The notes under the pieces are model-generated. The model was given only the letters and a program-made list of their open reading frames with translations, did no database searches and was not told the DNA's origin. From NCBI GenBank assembly GCA_043754535.1, contig JAYUUN010000037.1, positions 1 to 49,448 of the forward strand: a stretch of DNA of 49,448 nt, given 5' to 3'. A program made the position numbers and the translations under genes. Of the stretch, positions 1 to 8,601 are shown piece by piece. The number at the start of each line of letters is the position of its first letter. The stretch's first letter is position 1. Source of the DNA: Chloroflexota bacterium (lineage in GTDB: Bacteria > Chloroflexota > Chloroflexia > QHBQ01).

Positions 1-107
1 CAGGATGCGGGGCAGCCGCTGCTCACGACTTGCACGGGCGGGGCGGTGGTCGCAAAGCCGACAAACTGCTCCTCAGCGGTGCAAACATTTAGCTAACGCG
101 CATGGTC

Positions 108-137
108 TTGCGTAGAATTGGCAGATTATGGTATAAT
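108..137 (+). promoter_or_regulatory. sigma70-type promoter of the nusA operon
   Basis: TTGCGT (108-113), 18-nt spacer, extended -10 TG-G-TATAAT (129-137). Confidence 0.75.
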
Positions 138-166
138 CAAGGCACAACAACCTCGCAGCTTTCTGG

Positions 167-195
167 AAGTGGGCGCACCCCACTTTTCTTGTTGT
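167..195 (+). promoter_or_regulatory. rimP/nusA-leader type hairpin (weak intrinsic terminator/attenuator)
   Basis: AAGTGGG-cgcac-CCCACTT stem followed by TTCTTGTT in the 5' UTR; same position and form as known rimP-nusA leader terminators. Confidence 0.65.
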
Positions 196-253
196 ATGGA
201 GGGGTAAGGATTACCTGCCCCCTTGCTGCTTGAGGAGGGTAGGAGACCAAACA

Positions 254-1618
254 ATGAAAAGTGAACTCTATTCTGCCATCGCCCAAATCGCCGCCGAGCG
301 CGGTATCGACCGCCAGATCATCCTGGACAGCCTCAAGACTGCCTTGCAAGCCGCCTACAAGCGTTCTACAAACAGCGAGGCTGAAGCGAATATTGACATT
401 GACCAGAATACTGGCGACATCCGCGTGTATGTGCAGAAGATGGTGGTTGAAGGGCCAACTGCTGGCCCCGACGAGATCACCCTCGATAAGGCGCGCAAGG
501 AACACCCTGACACGAACGTGGGCGATAGTGTGCAAGTGGACAGTACGCCACGCGACTTTGGCCGTATTGCCGCTCAGACTGCCAAGCAAGTAGTCTTGCA
601 GCGCATCCGTGAGGCGGAGCGCGACACGATCTACTCTGACTACTTCGACCGGGTTGGCGAGATCGTTACTGGCAACATCGTGCGCCAGGAACAGCACGCC
701 TTGATCCTGGAGATGGGCAAAGCCGAAGCTCTGCTGCCAGAGAGTGAGCAAGTCAAGAGCGAACGCTACCGCATCGGCCAGCCACTCAAGGTCTACCTGG
801 TCAAGATCGACAAGACGCATCGTGGCCCCGCCATGACCGTCAGCCGCACCCACCGTGACCTGCTCAAGCGGCTGTTCGAGCTTGAGGTGCCAGAGATCAA
901 AAACTTCACAGTTGAGATCAAGTCCATTGCCCGCGAACCAGGTGTCCGCAGCAAGGTAGCTGTTGCTGCCCGCCAGGATGGGGTAGACCCAGTGGGCAGT
1001 TGCGTTGGTATGCGCGGTATCCGCATCCAGAACATCGTTAACGAGCTATACGGCGAGAAGATCGACGTAGTGGAGTGGAGTTCGGACGCGGGCGTGTACA
1101 TCGCCAACGCACTCTCCCCCGCCCAAGTCGTCAGCGTGGGCCTGAACGAAGACCCGGATGTGAGGACAGCTACCGTCGTCGTCCCAGAGCGGCAGTTGTC
1201 GCTAGCTATTGGCAAGGAAGGCCAGAACGCTCGCCTTGCTGCCAAGCTGACTGGCTGGCGCATCGACATCAAGAGTGCATCGGCGGGGCTGCGCGAGCAA
1301 GAGGACGAACTCGCCCGCGTTGCTCGTGCTGCCCTCAGCGGCGAAGGCGGCGCGACCAACTTCAGCCTGGAGGGGATGATGCCACCTGACTTTACGCTGG
1401 AGAACGCCCCGGTTGCTGATCAGCGACGCACTGTCCGCCCCGACAACACGATCAGCTACCAGGGCAATAGCTATGGCCCCTTTGAGGATGAACTGGTTGG
1501 CGAGCAAGTCTACCTCGCGGAGCGTGAGGGCAACCTGCGTGTTCGCACCGCCAGCCGCATCCTCGGCAACTTCCCGTTGCTGCCTGCCCTGAGCGAAGGG
1601 GATAGTGCGGAGGAGTAG
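254..1618 (+). CDS. nusA: transcription termination/antitermination factor NusA with an unusual C-terminal extension
   Basis: [13 protein letters not shown]1 domain, [53 protein letters not shown] at 241-245 favours ATG at 254. Confidence 0.98.
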   Translation: MKSELYSAIAQIAAERGIDRQIILDSLKTALQAAYKRSTNSEAEANIDIDQNTGDIRVYVQKMVVEGPTAGPDEITLDKARKEHPDTNVGDSVQVDSTPRDFGRIAAQTAKQVVLQRIREAERDTIYSDYFDRVGEIVTGNIVRQEQHALILEMGKAEALLPESEQVKSERYRIGQPLKVYLVKIDKTHRGPAMTVSRTHRDLLKRLFELEVPEIKNFTVEIKSIAREPGVRSKVAVAARQDGVDPVGSCVGMRGIRIQNIVNELYGEKIDVVEWSSDAGVYIANALSPAQVVSVGLNEDPDVRTATVVVPERQLSLAIGKEGQNARLAAKLTGWRIDIKSASAGLREQEDELARVARAALSGEGGATNFSLEGMMPPDFTLENAPVADQRRTVRPDNTISYQGNSYGPFEDELVGEQVYLAEREGNLRVRTASRILGNFPLLPALSEGDSAEE

Positions 1619-1711
1619 GACAGCGTTCCTTCTAATTTTGCTGGGCGTACAAAGTGTGCGCCCAACAATCGAAACGGCAACCATGTAGCGTAACTGCCAG
1701 GTAGCAAGAAG

Positions 1712-2068
1712 ATGAGCAACCAGACCGCCAGCCAGCCAAATAGCAAGCCGAAGCAGCCGCTGCGCCCCAGGCACGTGCCACAACGCACTTGTGTAGCCTG
1801 CAAACGCACGGAGGCCAAGCGTGGGTTGGTGCGCATTGTGCGTACCCCCGAAGGCCGAGTGGTGATTGACGAGCGCGGCAAGATGAACGGGCGGGGGGCA
1901 TACCTCTGCCGCACACAAAGTTGCTGGGCCATTGCCCTCAAGCGAGGCGCACTAGAACGTGGCCTCAAGCTGCAAATCAACCAGGAAGATCGCGCCATGC
2001 TAGCGGCCTACGCTGCCAGCCTGCCGCTTAGTGATGATGAGGAGGGTAGCGAAGGTGCGCCCGCATAG
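1712..2068 (+). CDS. ylxR: YlxR/RnpM family RNA-binding protein (DUF448)
   Basis: PQRTCVAC...LVRIVRT...GRGAYLC...C motif; position between nusA and infB. Confidence 0.93.
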   Translation: MSNQTASQPNSKPKQPLRPRHVPQRTCVACKRTEAKRGLVRIVRTPEGRVVIDERGKMNGRGAYLCRTQSCWAIALKRGALERGLKLQINQEDRAMLAAYAASLPLSDDEEGSEGAPA

Positions 2069-2291
2069 CCCTACCCAGGCGTGGACAATTGAAGACTGGA
2101 CCCGAACAGTGGTGGTCGCCTATGCGTAATTAGCGTAGCCAGCCAACTATTGGTCAGCGGCGTTTATGCGCCCTGCTTTCCTGCGGGTCAAGTTCAACAG
2201 CTACCCTGTCCGTAGCCCGAACCTGATCCCTTATTTTGTGGGTCAGTCGAATAAACGTAAAACAGCTTTTAGCATAGGAGAATGAATCATA

Positions 2292-5156
2292 ATGAGTGAC
2301 GAAAGAGAACCAAGACCAGAGGGTGCAGCTAACGCCCCCGAGAGTCAGCCACGCCCGGAGCAACCGCGGCGCAACGATGGCTACAACGAGTATAACGCCA
2401 ATGGTGGCGAAGACATTACCGCACTGCCGAAGAACGTGCGCGAGTTGTCGCGTCCGACTGGTGCGCCACCGCCACGCCCCAGTGGCCCCGGCGGTTCCGG
2501 CGGTTCCGGCGGCTACCGTGACAACAACGGCGGTCAGGGTGGCTATCGCGGCCAGAGTCAGGGTGGCCCTGGTGGTGGGCAGGGGGGTGGCTATCGCGGC
2601 CCCAGCAGCGGCGGGCAGGGCGGCCCTGGCGGACAGGGTGGCTATCGTGGCCCCAGCAATAGCGGTCAAGGTGGCCCCAGTGGTGGGCAGGGCGGCTATC
2701 GTGGCCCCAACAACGGTGGTCAAGGCGGCTCCAGTGGTGGCTATAGTGGGGGAGGGCAGGGGGGCTATCGTGGACCCAGTGGCCCTGGTGGCGCACCAGG
2801 CGGCCCTACCGGAGGGCAGGGGGGCTATCGTGGACCCAGTGGGCCTCCACGTGAGGGTGGCGCACCCGATGGTTCTAACCAAGGTCAGGGTGGCCCCACT
2901 GGGGGCGGCTTCCGCAGCAACGGCCCCAGCAACTATGCTGGTGGCGCGCCCCGTGAAGGCGGCTACAGCGGCCCCCCACGTGAGGGTGGCGCACCGGGCG
3001 GCCCTCCGCGTGAAGGTGGCTTCGGCGGCGGTGGTGGTGGCTATCGTGGCCCCGCTGGCGGTGGCGGTGGCGGTCGGCCTCCCGGCCCTGGCGGGGGCGG
3101 TGGCTTCCGTGGTGGCCCCGCTGGGGGTAGTAGCGGCGGCTTCCGGGGAGGGCCTGGTGGTGGGCGTAGTGGCCCTGGCGCACCGACGGCTCCGCCAACC
3201 GGCGTAGATCGCGGTCAGCCAACTCGCCGCACGACTGACCCTAGCCGTGACAAGCGGCGTGACCAATACGCCCCCCGCGACAACGACCAGGCGGGCGCAC
3301 GTGGCTCGGTTGCGGCTGCAACCCGCAGTATGCAAGGCAACCGTCGTCCCGGTGGCCCAGTCGCCCTCAGTGAGCGTCCGCGCACCATCGTTGAACTGCC
3401 AGCCCTGATGTCGGTCAAGGATTTGGCCGATGAGTTGAACTTGGGAGCGGCAGCCGTAATCAGCGAGCTGATGAAGAACGGCATGATGGCAACGATCAAT
3501 CAGGAGATCGACTACGAGACCGCTGCGATCATCGCGGGCGAACTCGGCTTTGAGACCCGCGAGCAGAAGATCGAGATCGATGCGAACTTCGTCGCGCCCA
3601 GCCCAGAGCAGATTACTGAGATGATCAAGAACGACCCCGATGCCCGCCCCCGCCCGCCGGTGGTGGTGATCATGGGCCACGTTGACCACGGTAAGACCAA
3701 GCTGCTGGACGCGATCCGCTCGGCCAACGTCGCGGGTGGCGAAGCCGGTGGTATCACCCAGCACATCGGTGCCTATCAAGTAGAGGTGCAGGGCCGTAAG
3801 GTCACGTTCCTCGACACCCCCGGCCACGAAGCCTTCACCGCCATGCGCGCACGTGGGGCGCAGGTAACGGACATAGCAGTACTGGTCGTCGCTGCCGATG
3901 ACGGCGTGATGCCACAGACGCTTGAGGCGGCAGCCCACGCCCAGGCCGCGAAGGTGCCAATCGTAGTGGCGGTCAACAAGATGGATCGCGAGGGCGCGAA
4001 CCCAGAGCGGGTCAAGCAGCAATTGTCGCAGATCGGCCTCACCCCCGAAGAATGGGGCGGTGAGACCCCCTTCGTCCACGTCTCCGCGAAGGACGGCACT
4101 GGTATCCCCGACCTGCTCGACGTGCTGCTGATCGTGGCCGACATTGCCGAGTTGAAGGCTAACCCCAACCGCGCTGCCATCGGCACGATTGTGGAAGCGC
4201 GCATGGACAAGCAGCGTGGCCCCGTCGCTACCGTGCTAGTGCAGAACGGCACGCTCAACCTCAACGATGCCATCGTCGTTGGCACCGTCAGTGGCCGGGT
4301 CAAGGCTCTGCGCGACGACAAAGAACGGCGGATGCGTAAGGTTGAACCTGGCACCCCCGCCGAAATCCTCGGCCTCAGCGAGGTGCCGCAGGCTGGTGAC
4401 GTGTTGCAGGTAATGGCAGACGACAGCATCGCCCGCGATATCGCCAGCCGCCGCGCCCTCGTTCGCCGCGCCGAGTCGATCCAGCCGCTCAAGGCTGTCA
4501 GTCTGGACGACATCTTCACCCAGATTCAGGCTGGTAAGGTCAAGGAACTGCGCCTGATCATCAAGGCCGACGTGCAAGGCTCGGTTGAGGCTCTGGTTAG
4601 TTCACTGACCAAGCTGACCACCGAGAAGGTGAGCATCCGCATGATCTTCCAGGGTACGGGAGCCATCGGCGAGTCGGACGTGAACCTGGCGACTGCCTCT
4701 GGCGCGATCATCATCGGCTTCAACGTGCGCCCCGACCCAGCGGCTCGCCGCTCGGCTGAGGCGAACCATGTGGACATCCGCTTCTACAACATCATCTACA
4801 ACTTGATTGATGACATCAAGGCAGCCATGGTTGGTCTGCTCGACCCCACCTTCCAGGATGTGATCGACGGCGACGGCGTGGTGAGGGCGGTCTTCAAGCT
4901 GCCCAAGAACGAGCAGGTGGCTGGTATTATCGTCAACGACGGCAAGCTGACCCGCAACGTGCAGGTTCGCGTGCTGCGGGGTGGCACTGTGGTTCACGAC
5001 GGCACGGTGAGCAGCCTGCGCCGCTTTAAGGACGACGTGCGCGAAGTGACCTCTGGTTACGAATGCGGCCTCGGCCTCGACAACTTCAACGACTTCCATG
5101 AGGGTGACCAGTTGGAGTTCCACCACCGCGAGATGGTGAAGCCCACCACGGCCTAA
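2292..5156 (+). CDS. infB: translation initiation factor IF-2
   Basis: [64 protein letters not shown] upstream. Confidence 0.99.
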   Translation: MSDEREPRPEGAANAPESQPRPEQPRRNDGYNEYNANGGEDITALPKNVRELSRPTGAPPPRPSGPGGSGGSGGYRDNNGGQGGYRGQSQGGPGGGQGGGYRGPSSGGQGGPGGQGGYRGPSNSGQGGPSGGQGGYRGPNNGGQGGSSGGYSGGGQGGYRGPSGPGGAPGGPTGGQGGYRGPSGPPREGGAPDGSNQGQGGPTGGGFRSNGPSNYAGGAPREGGYSGPPREGGAPGGPPREGGFGGGGGGYRGPAGGGGGGRPPGPGGGGGFRGGPAGGSSGGFRGGPGGGRSGPGAPTAPPTGVDRGQPTRRTTDPSRDKRRDQYAPRDNDQAGARGSVAAATRSMQGNRRPGGPVALSERPRTIVELPALMSVKDLADELNLGAAAVISELMKNGMMATINQEIDYETAAIIAGELGFETREQKIEIDANFVAPSPEQITEMIKNDPDARPRPPVVVIMGHVDHGKTKLLDAIRSANVAGGEAGGITQHIGAYQVEVQGRKVTFLDTPGHEAFTAMRARGAQVTDIAVLVVAADDGVMPQTLEAAAHAQAAKVPIVVAVNKMDREGANPERVKQQLSQIGLTPEEWGGETPFVHVSAKDGTGIPDLLDVLLIVADIAELKANPNRAAIGTIVEARMDKQRGPVATVLVQNGTLNLNDAIVVGTVSGRVKALRDDKERRMRKVEPGTPAEILGLSEVPQAGDVLQVMADDSIARDIASRRALVRRAESIQPLKAVSLDDIFTQIQAGKVKELRLIIKADVQGSVEALVSSLTKLTTEKVSIRMIFQGTGAIGESDVNLATASGAIIIGFNVRPDPAARRSAEANHVDIRFYNIIYNLIDDIKAAMVGLLDPTFQDVIDGDGVVRAVFKLPKNEQVAGIIVNDGKLTRNVQVRVLRGGTVVHDGTVSSLRRFKDDVREVTSGYECGLGLDNFNDFHEGDQLEFHHREMVKPTTA
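2480..3180 (+). repeat. Gly-rich coding repeats (GGYRG x7, PREGG x4) in the IF2 N-terminus
   Basis: Recurrent ggctatcg(c/t)gg units; exact 32-nt direct repeat at 2751-2782 and 2811-2842. Confidence 0.9.
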
Positions 5157-5254
5157 GAGCGGTAGTCAGCAGTTGGCAGCAGGGGAGGCGGCATGGGTTA
5201 GTGGCAATCACTGCCCACGGCTACCTCCCCGCTGCAATTCTGGAGGTAAAAGTT

Positions 5255-5686
5255 ATGGCTTATGGTAACAAGGGGAACGGTCGCCGCCCCGCCCAGGTTG
5301 GTGAGGCGATCCAGCGCGAGATCAGCGAGATCATCCTGCGCGAGATGAAAGACCCGCGCATGGGCTTCGTTACGATCACTAGCGTAGATGTCAGCCCCGA
5401 CTTGAAGCTGGCGCGCATCTTCGTCAGCGTCCTCGGCACAGACGAGGAGCGGCAAGCAACGATGGTGGCTCTGGAGAAGGCGCGGGGCTGGTTGCGCCAC
5501 GAATTGGGTGGGCGGCTAGACCTACGCGCCGTCCCCGACCTGGCCTTCAAGGGTGACGTGAGTGGGGCGACAGCCCAACGCATCAGCCTGCTACTCAACG
5601 AGCTATCAGTGGAGGAAGCGAGGAAGGACGCAACAGCCTGGGCCGAAGAAGGTCAGGGCAAGGGCGGCCAGATCGCCGAAGATTAG
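5255..5686 (+). CDS. rbfA: ribosome-binding factor A
   Basis: REMKDPRMGFVTITSVDVSPDLKLARIFVS...VPDLAFKGD; SD GGAGG at 5242-5246 before ATG 5255. Confidence 0.96.
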   Translation: MAYGNKGNGRRPAQVGEAIQREISEIILREMKDPRMGFVTITSVDVSPDLKLARIFVSVLGTDEERQATMVALEKARGWLRHELGGRLDLRAVPDLAFKGDVSGATAQRISLLLNELSVEEARKDATAWAEEGQGKGGQIAED

Positions 5687-5704
5687 CACATTGGCAATAA
5701 ACAG

Positions 5705-5739
5705 AACAGCCTGCCCCGTGATGGGACAGGCTGTTTTCT
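5705..5739. terminator. intrinsic terminator between convergent rbfA and zinc-ribbon gene, probably bidirectional
   Basis: AACAGCCTG(C)CCC-gtgat-GGG(A)CAGGCTGTT followed by TTCT; A-rich flank on the other side. Confidence 0.8.
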
Positions 5740-5759
5740 GGTATAATGACCGCTGTTGG

Positions 5760-6149
5760 TTAGCGGTGGTTCTGGAAGCAGTTGCGGCAGTAGACTGGGC
5801 GCGCCCCGGTTGGGCGGAAGGGAACCTGAGTCTCACGGCCACAATCGGCACAGTTGACGGTGAACATCTCACGGGGTGCGCTGTTGTAGCCGCCGCCACC
5901 GCCGCCACCGCCGCTGCTATAGCCACCGCCACCGCCACCGCCGCCACCGCCGCCGCTGTAGCCACCGCCACCGCTGCGACCGCCGCCACCACCGCCGCCG
6001 CGATTGGACTTGGCCGCAGAACGGCAATCCTGGCAGCGGCCCGGCTCGTTGGTCAGCCCGCGGTCAGCATAAAACTGCTGCTCGCCAGCACTAAAGGTAA
6101 ACTCGTTGCCGCAATCGCGGCAGGTGATCGCTCGATCCTGGTAAGTCAT
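5760..6149 (-). CDS. zinc-ribbon / CxxC-x17-CxxC domain protein with Gly-rich linker
   Basis: DRAITCRDCGNEFTFSAGEQQFY...PGRCQDCR, poly-Gly/GGY linker, then CADCG-x-PFRPTGARPVYCRNCF; SD AGGAG at 6162-6166 favours ATG 6149. Confidence 0.92.
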   Translation of the reverse strand: MTYQDRAITCRDCGNEFTFSAGEQQFYADRGLTNEPGRCQDCRSAAKSNRGGGGGGGRSGGGGYSGGGGGGGGGGGYSSGGGGGGGGYNSAPREMFTVNCADCGRETQVPFRPTGARPVYCRNCFQNHR

Positions 6150-6317
6150 CTGTATACCTAACTCCTGTGTACTTGAATGGAAAACGGTTGCTGGTTCGAT
6201 CTGGTCGGGCTTCAATCAAGTTCTAGTCACCGTTTCCACAACGCCGAAGCAGCCGGGAGCGGACAGAGACCCTCGCGCAACCTGCGCGCCAACCTGGAGA
6301 TACCTACGACGTTGCTA

Positions 6318-6346
6318 ATTATAGCACATCGGCGGCCCATAGGCAA
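6318..6346 (-). promoter_or_regulatory. sigma70 promoter of the zinc-ribbon gene
   Basis: TTGCCT (6346-6341), 17 nt, TATAAT (6323-6318) with TG extension. Confidence 0.8.
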
Positions 6347-6385
6347 TACTTTTCGCACATATTCGACTAAAAGGGGGCGTTTGGC

Positions 6386-7372
6386 ATGGCAAAGGGACAG
6401 GATAGCGGGGTTGCGGGTATTCTCAACCTGAACAAGCCGATGGGGATGACCTCGCACGATGCGGTGTCGGTGGTTCGGCGGCTGGCTGGCACGCGGCGGG
6501 TCGGCCACGCGGGTACGCTCGACCCCGCTGCCGAGGGGGTGCTACCGCTCTGCCTGGGCAAGGCCACGCGGGTGGTAGAGTACCTGAGCGACGCTGGCAA
6601 GACCTACAGAGCTACTATTGCCCTCGGCCTCGCCACCGCCAGCTACGATCTGGAGACCCCCCCCGATGCCGTTGCCGATGAAGCGACTCGCGCCCGCCTA
6701 CGCTCCATCAGTCGGGCAGAGGTGGGGGCAGTACTAGCTGGCTTCCTCGGCCCGCAAGAGCAGTTGCCCCCCATGTACTCGGCAGTGCAGGTGGGGGGGC
6801 AACGCCTCTACGACCTCGCCCGTGCTGGCAAGGAGATCGAGCGCGCCCCCCGCCCAATCACCATCTACCGCCTGGACTTGCTGGACATGAGCGAACGGGA
6901 ATGGTCGGTGGTCGTTCGCGCCGAAGCCGAAGGTCAGCCGCACGCTGGCAGCTACCTTCTACAATCCATAGTTGTAGAGGTGGAGTGCAGCAAGGGAACC
7001 TACATCCGCAGTCTGGCAGTGGATATCGGGGCGCAGCTAGGCACGCCCGCTGTCCTAGCACATCTGCTACGTACCCGCAGCGCAACCTTTCGACTGGAAG
7101 ATTCGTATACTCTGCAAGACTTGAGCGAACTGGCGAAGAATGGCCGCTTCGCTGAAGCACTTTTGCCCACCGACTACGCCTTGCAAGACCTACCCCGCCT
7201 CGACCTTGACGCGGAGGGGGAGCGCAAGGTAAAGACTGGGTCGGCCCTGCCCGCCAGCGGTGACTACCCCGCAGGCCAGCTAGCCCGCGCCTATGCTGGC
7301 AGCCAGTTTGTGGCAATCTTGCGCCAGGAGGGGGGCCAGTGGCGACCAGAAAAGGTGTTTAACGTGGATTAG
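6386..7372 (+). CDS. truB: tRNA pseudouridine(55) synthase
   Basis: LNKPMGMTSHD, VGHAGTLDPAAEGVL, PPMYSAV, CSKGTYIRSLA. Confidence 0.97.
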   Translation: MAKGQDSGVAGILNLNKPMGMTSHDAVSVVRRLAGTRRVGHAGTLDPAAEGVLPLCLGKATRVVEYLSDAGKTYRATIALGLATASYDLETPPDAVADEATRARLRSISRAEVGAVLAGFLGPQEQLPPMYSAVQVGGQRLYDLARAGKEIERAPRPITIYRLDLLDMSEREWSVVVRAEAEGQPHAGSYLLQSIVVEVECSKGTYIRSLAVDIGAQLGTPAVLAHLLRTRSATFRLEDSYTLQDLSELAKNGRFAEALLPTDYALQDLPRLDLDAEGERKVKTGSALPASGDYPAGQLARAYAGSQFVAILRQEGGQWRPEKVFNVD

Positions 7373-7394
7373 GTTGTTTGCTAAGGGAGGTACT

Positions 7395-7445
7395 ATGAAG
7401 AAATTGATTGCGGGGGTAGAGCCAAAGGTTACTGCCGCGCCGTAA
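7395..7445 (+). CDS. putative 16-aa small ORF (MKKLIAGVEPKVTAAP)
   Basis: AAGGGAGG SD 4 nt before ATG 7395; TAA at 7443-7445. Confidence 0.3.
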   Translation: MKKLIAGVEPKVTAAP

Positions 7446-7524
7446 CCTCACCATTGGTCGGGGTGTTGTAGAACATAGCGGGGCTGCACGACAGCCTCCT
7501 ACACTATTTGGAGGAGCAAGGAAT

Positions 7525-7980
7525 ATGATAGCAGGCAAGGTTGAGGCGATCCAGATCGCGGCGGAGGCGGCGGCACCAATGGAGGAGGTGGCTGAAGTGG
7601 AGGCAGTCGGTGGGCATGGACTGGCGGGGGATCGCTACCACAAGGGGGTTGGTACCTTCTCACACATCCCCAAACCGAGAGGTGTTACCTTGATCGAGGC
7701 GGAGGCACTGGCCGCCGTCAACCAGGGCGGCCTGCCGCTCAACTACGCCGAGTGCCGCCGTAACATCATCACCAGTGGGGTAGCCCTCAACGAACTGGTG
7801 GGCCGTGAGTTCCAGGTGGGCAGCGTCACCCTGCGGGGGATCGAACTCTGTGAGCCATGCGACCATCTGGCGGGGTTGGCCGGTAAGCCGTTGATTGCGC
7901 CGCTGGTGCATCGCGGCGGTCTGCGAGCCGAGGTTGTCAGCAGCGGCACCATCCGACGCGGTGACAGCCTCAGCAGCTAG
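7525..7980 (+). CDS. MOSC domain protein
   Basis: GLAGDRY, RRNIITSG, LVGREFQVG, CEPC, RGGLRAEVVSSGTIRRGD. Confidence 0.9.
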   Translation: MIAGKVEAIQIAAEAAAPMEEVAEVEAVGGHGLAGDRYHKGVGTFSHIPKPRGVTLIEAEALAAVNQGGLPLNYAECRRNIITSGVALNELVGREFQVGSVTLRGIELCEPCDHLAGLAGKPLIAPLVHRGGLRAEVVSSGTIRRGDSLSS

Positions 7981-8065
7981 AACGTCGGTAAAGTAATGAG
8001 CAAGGGATTGACAGCTTGGCCGCCATGTGGTTTGCTTTGCATCTCACAAGAGAGGCAGCTCACCC

Positions 8066-8245
8066 ATGCGCCCTCAACTCTGGCAGCCCCCAGTTGACCC
8101 CTCGCCCCAAGAACAAGCTATCCTTAAGCTCATCAAACGCACCAAGTTGTGCATCTTTCTACGTCAGCAACGTCATCACATCTCCAGCCCCTATTTCCAG
8201 CAGGAACTGGCCCAGGCCTATCATGATAGCAAACGCAGCCACCAC
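8066..8245 (+). pseudogene. N-terminal transposase remnant, IS1182-like
   Basis: MRPQLWQPPVDPSPQEQAILKLIKRTKLCIFLRQQRH...FQQELAQAYHDS resembles, from recall, IS1182-family N-termini; the expected QPP appears out of frame at 8236-8244 and similarity then ends; no DDE domain. Confidence 0.6.
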
Positions 8246-8463
8246 GCTGCTGCCGCTCGCAACGTGGCCCTGATCTGGACGATGGTTGTCCATGCGCCTG
8301 CTGCCACTAGCCTAGCAACAGGCACGTCGCTGATCATACTGGCCCTGCTCGTGCCTTCAGAGGCAGTCCGCTATCAAGCAGTGGCGCGGCTGGCTGATTA
8401 CCCACTGCCGCCACAGTTCGTGGCTGGCGGCTTTGTCGTGCCACCCCAGCCAGCCGCGTTCAG

Positions 8464-8472
8464 TGTTATAAT
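8464..8472 (+). promoter_or_regulatory. extended -10 promoter for the glucan synthase gene
   Basis: TG-T-TATAAT about 130 nt upstream of ATG 8602. Confidence 0.55.
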
Positions 8473-8601
8473 AGAGCAAGCAGCCGCGTGCGCGGTGCTG
8501 CCTGGTTGCTGATCACAACCGCCAGGCCTACTTCTGGCATTGTTCTTGCCCCAATCTTGTTAAGCAAGCCACCAGGCCAACAGAAGGTAGAACAACCCCC
8601 C

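Noticed and set aside
1..107. Fragment of a neighbouring gene at the window start
   Set aside because: Too short to assign strand, frame or product.
2500..2860. Regularly spaced repeats that could suggest a CRISPR array
   Set aside because: They are degenerate in-frame coding repeats within infB, with no unique spacers and no cas genes.
2154..4079. 641-aa minus-strand ORF and the many other long overlapping ORFs in the track
   Set aside because: Antisense or alternate-frame shadows of well-supported genes in GC-rich DNA; no motifs of their own.
5889..6000. (GCC/ACC)n microsatellite as a phase-variation tract
   Set aside because: Triplet-based poly-Gly linker; length changes keep the frame.
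8027..8512. 161-aa ORF as a functional gene
   Set aside because: Only codons from 8066 to about 8235 look transposase-like; the rest runs over the next promoter and looks like read-through.
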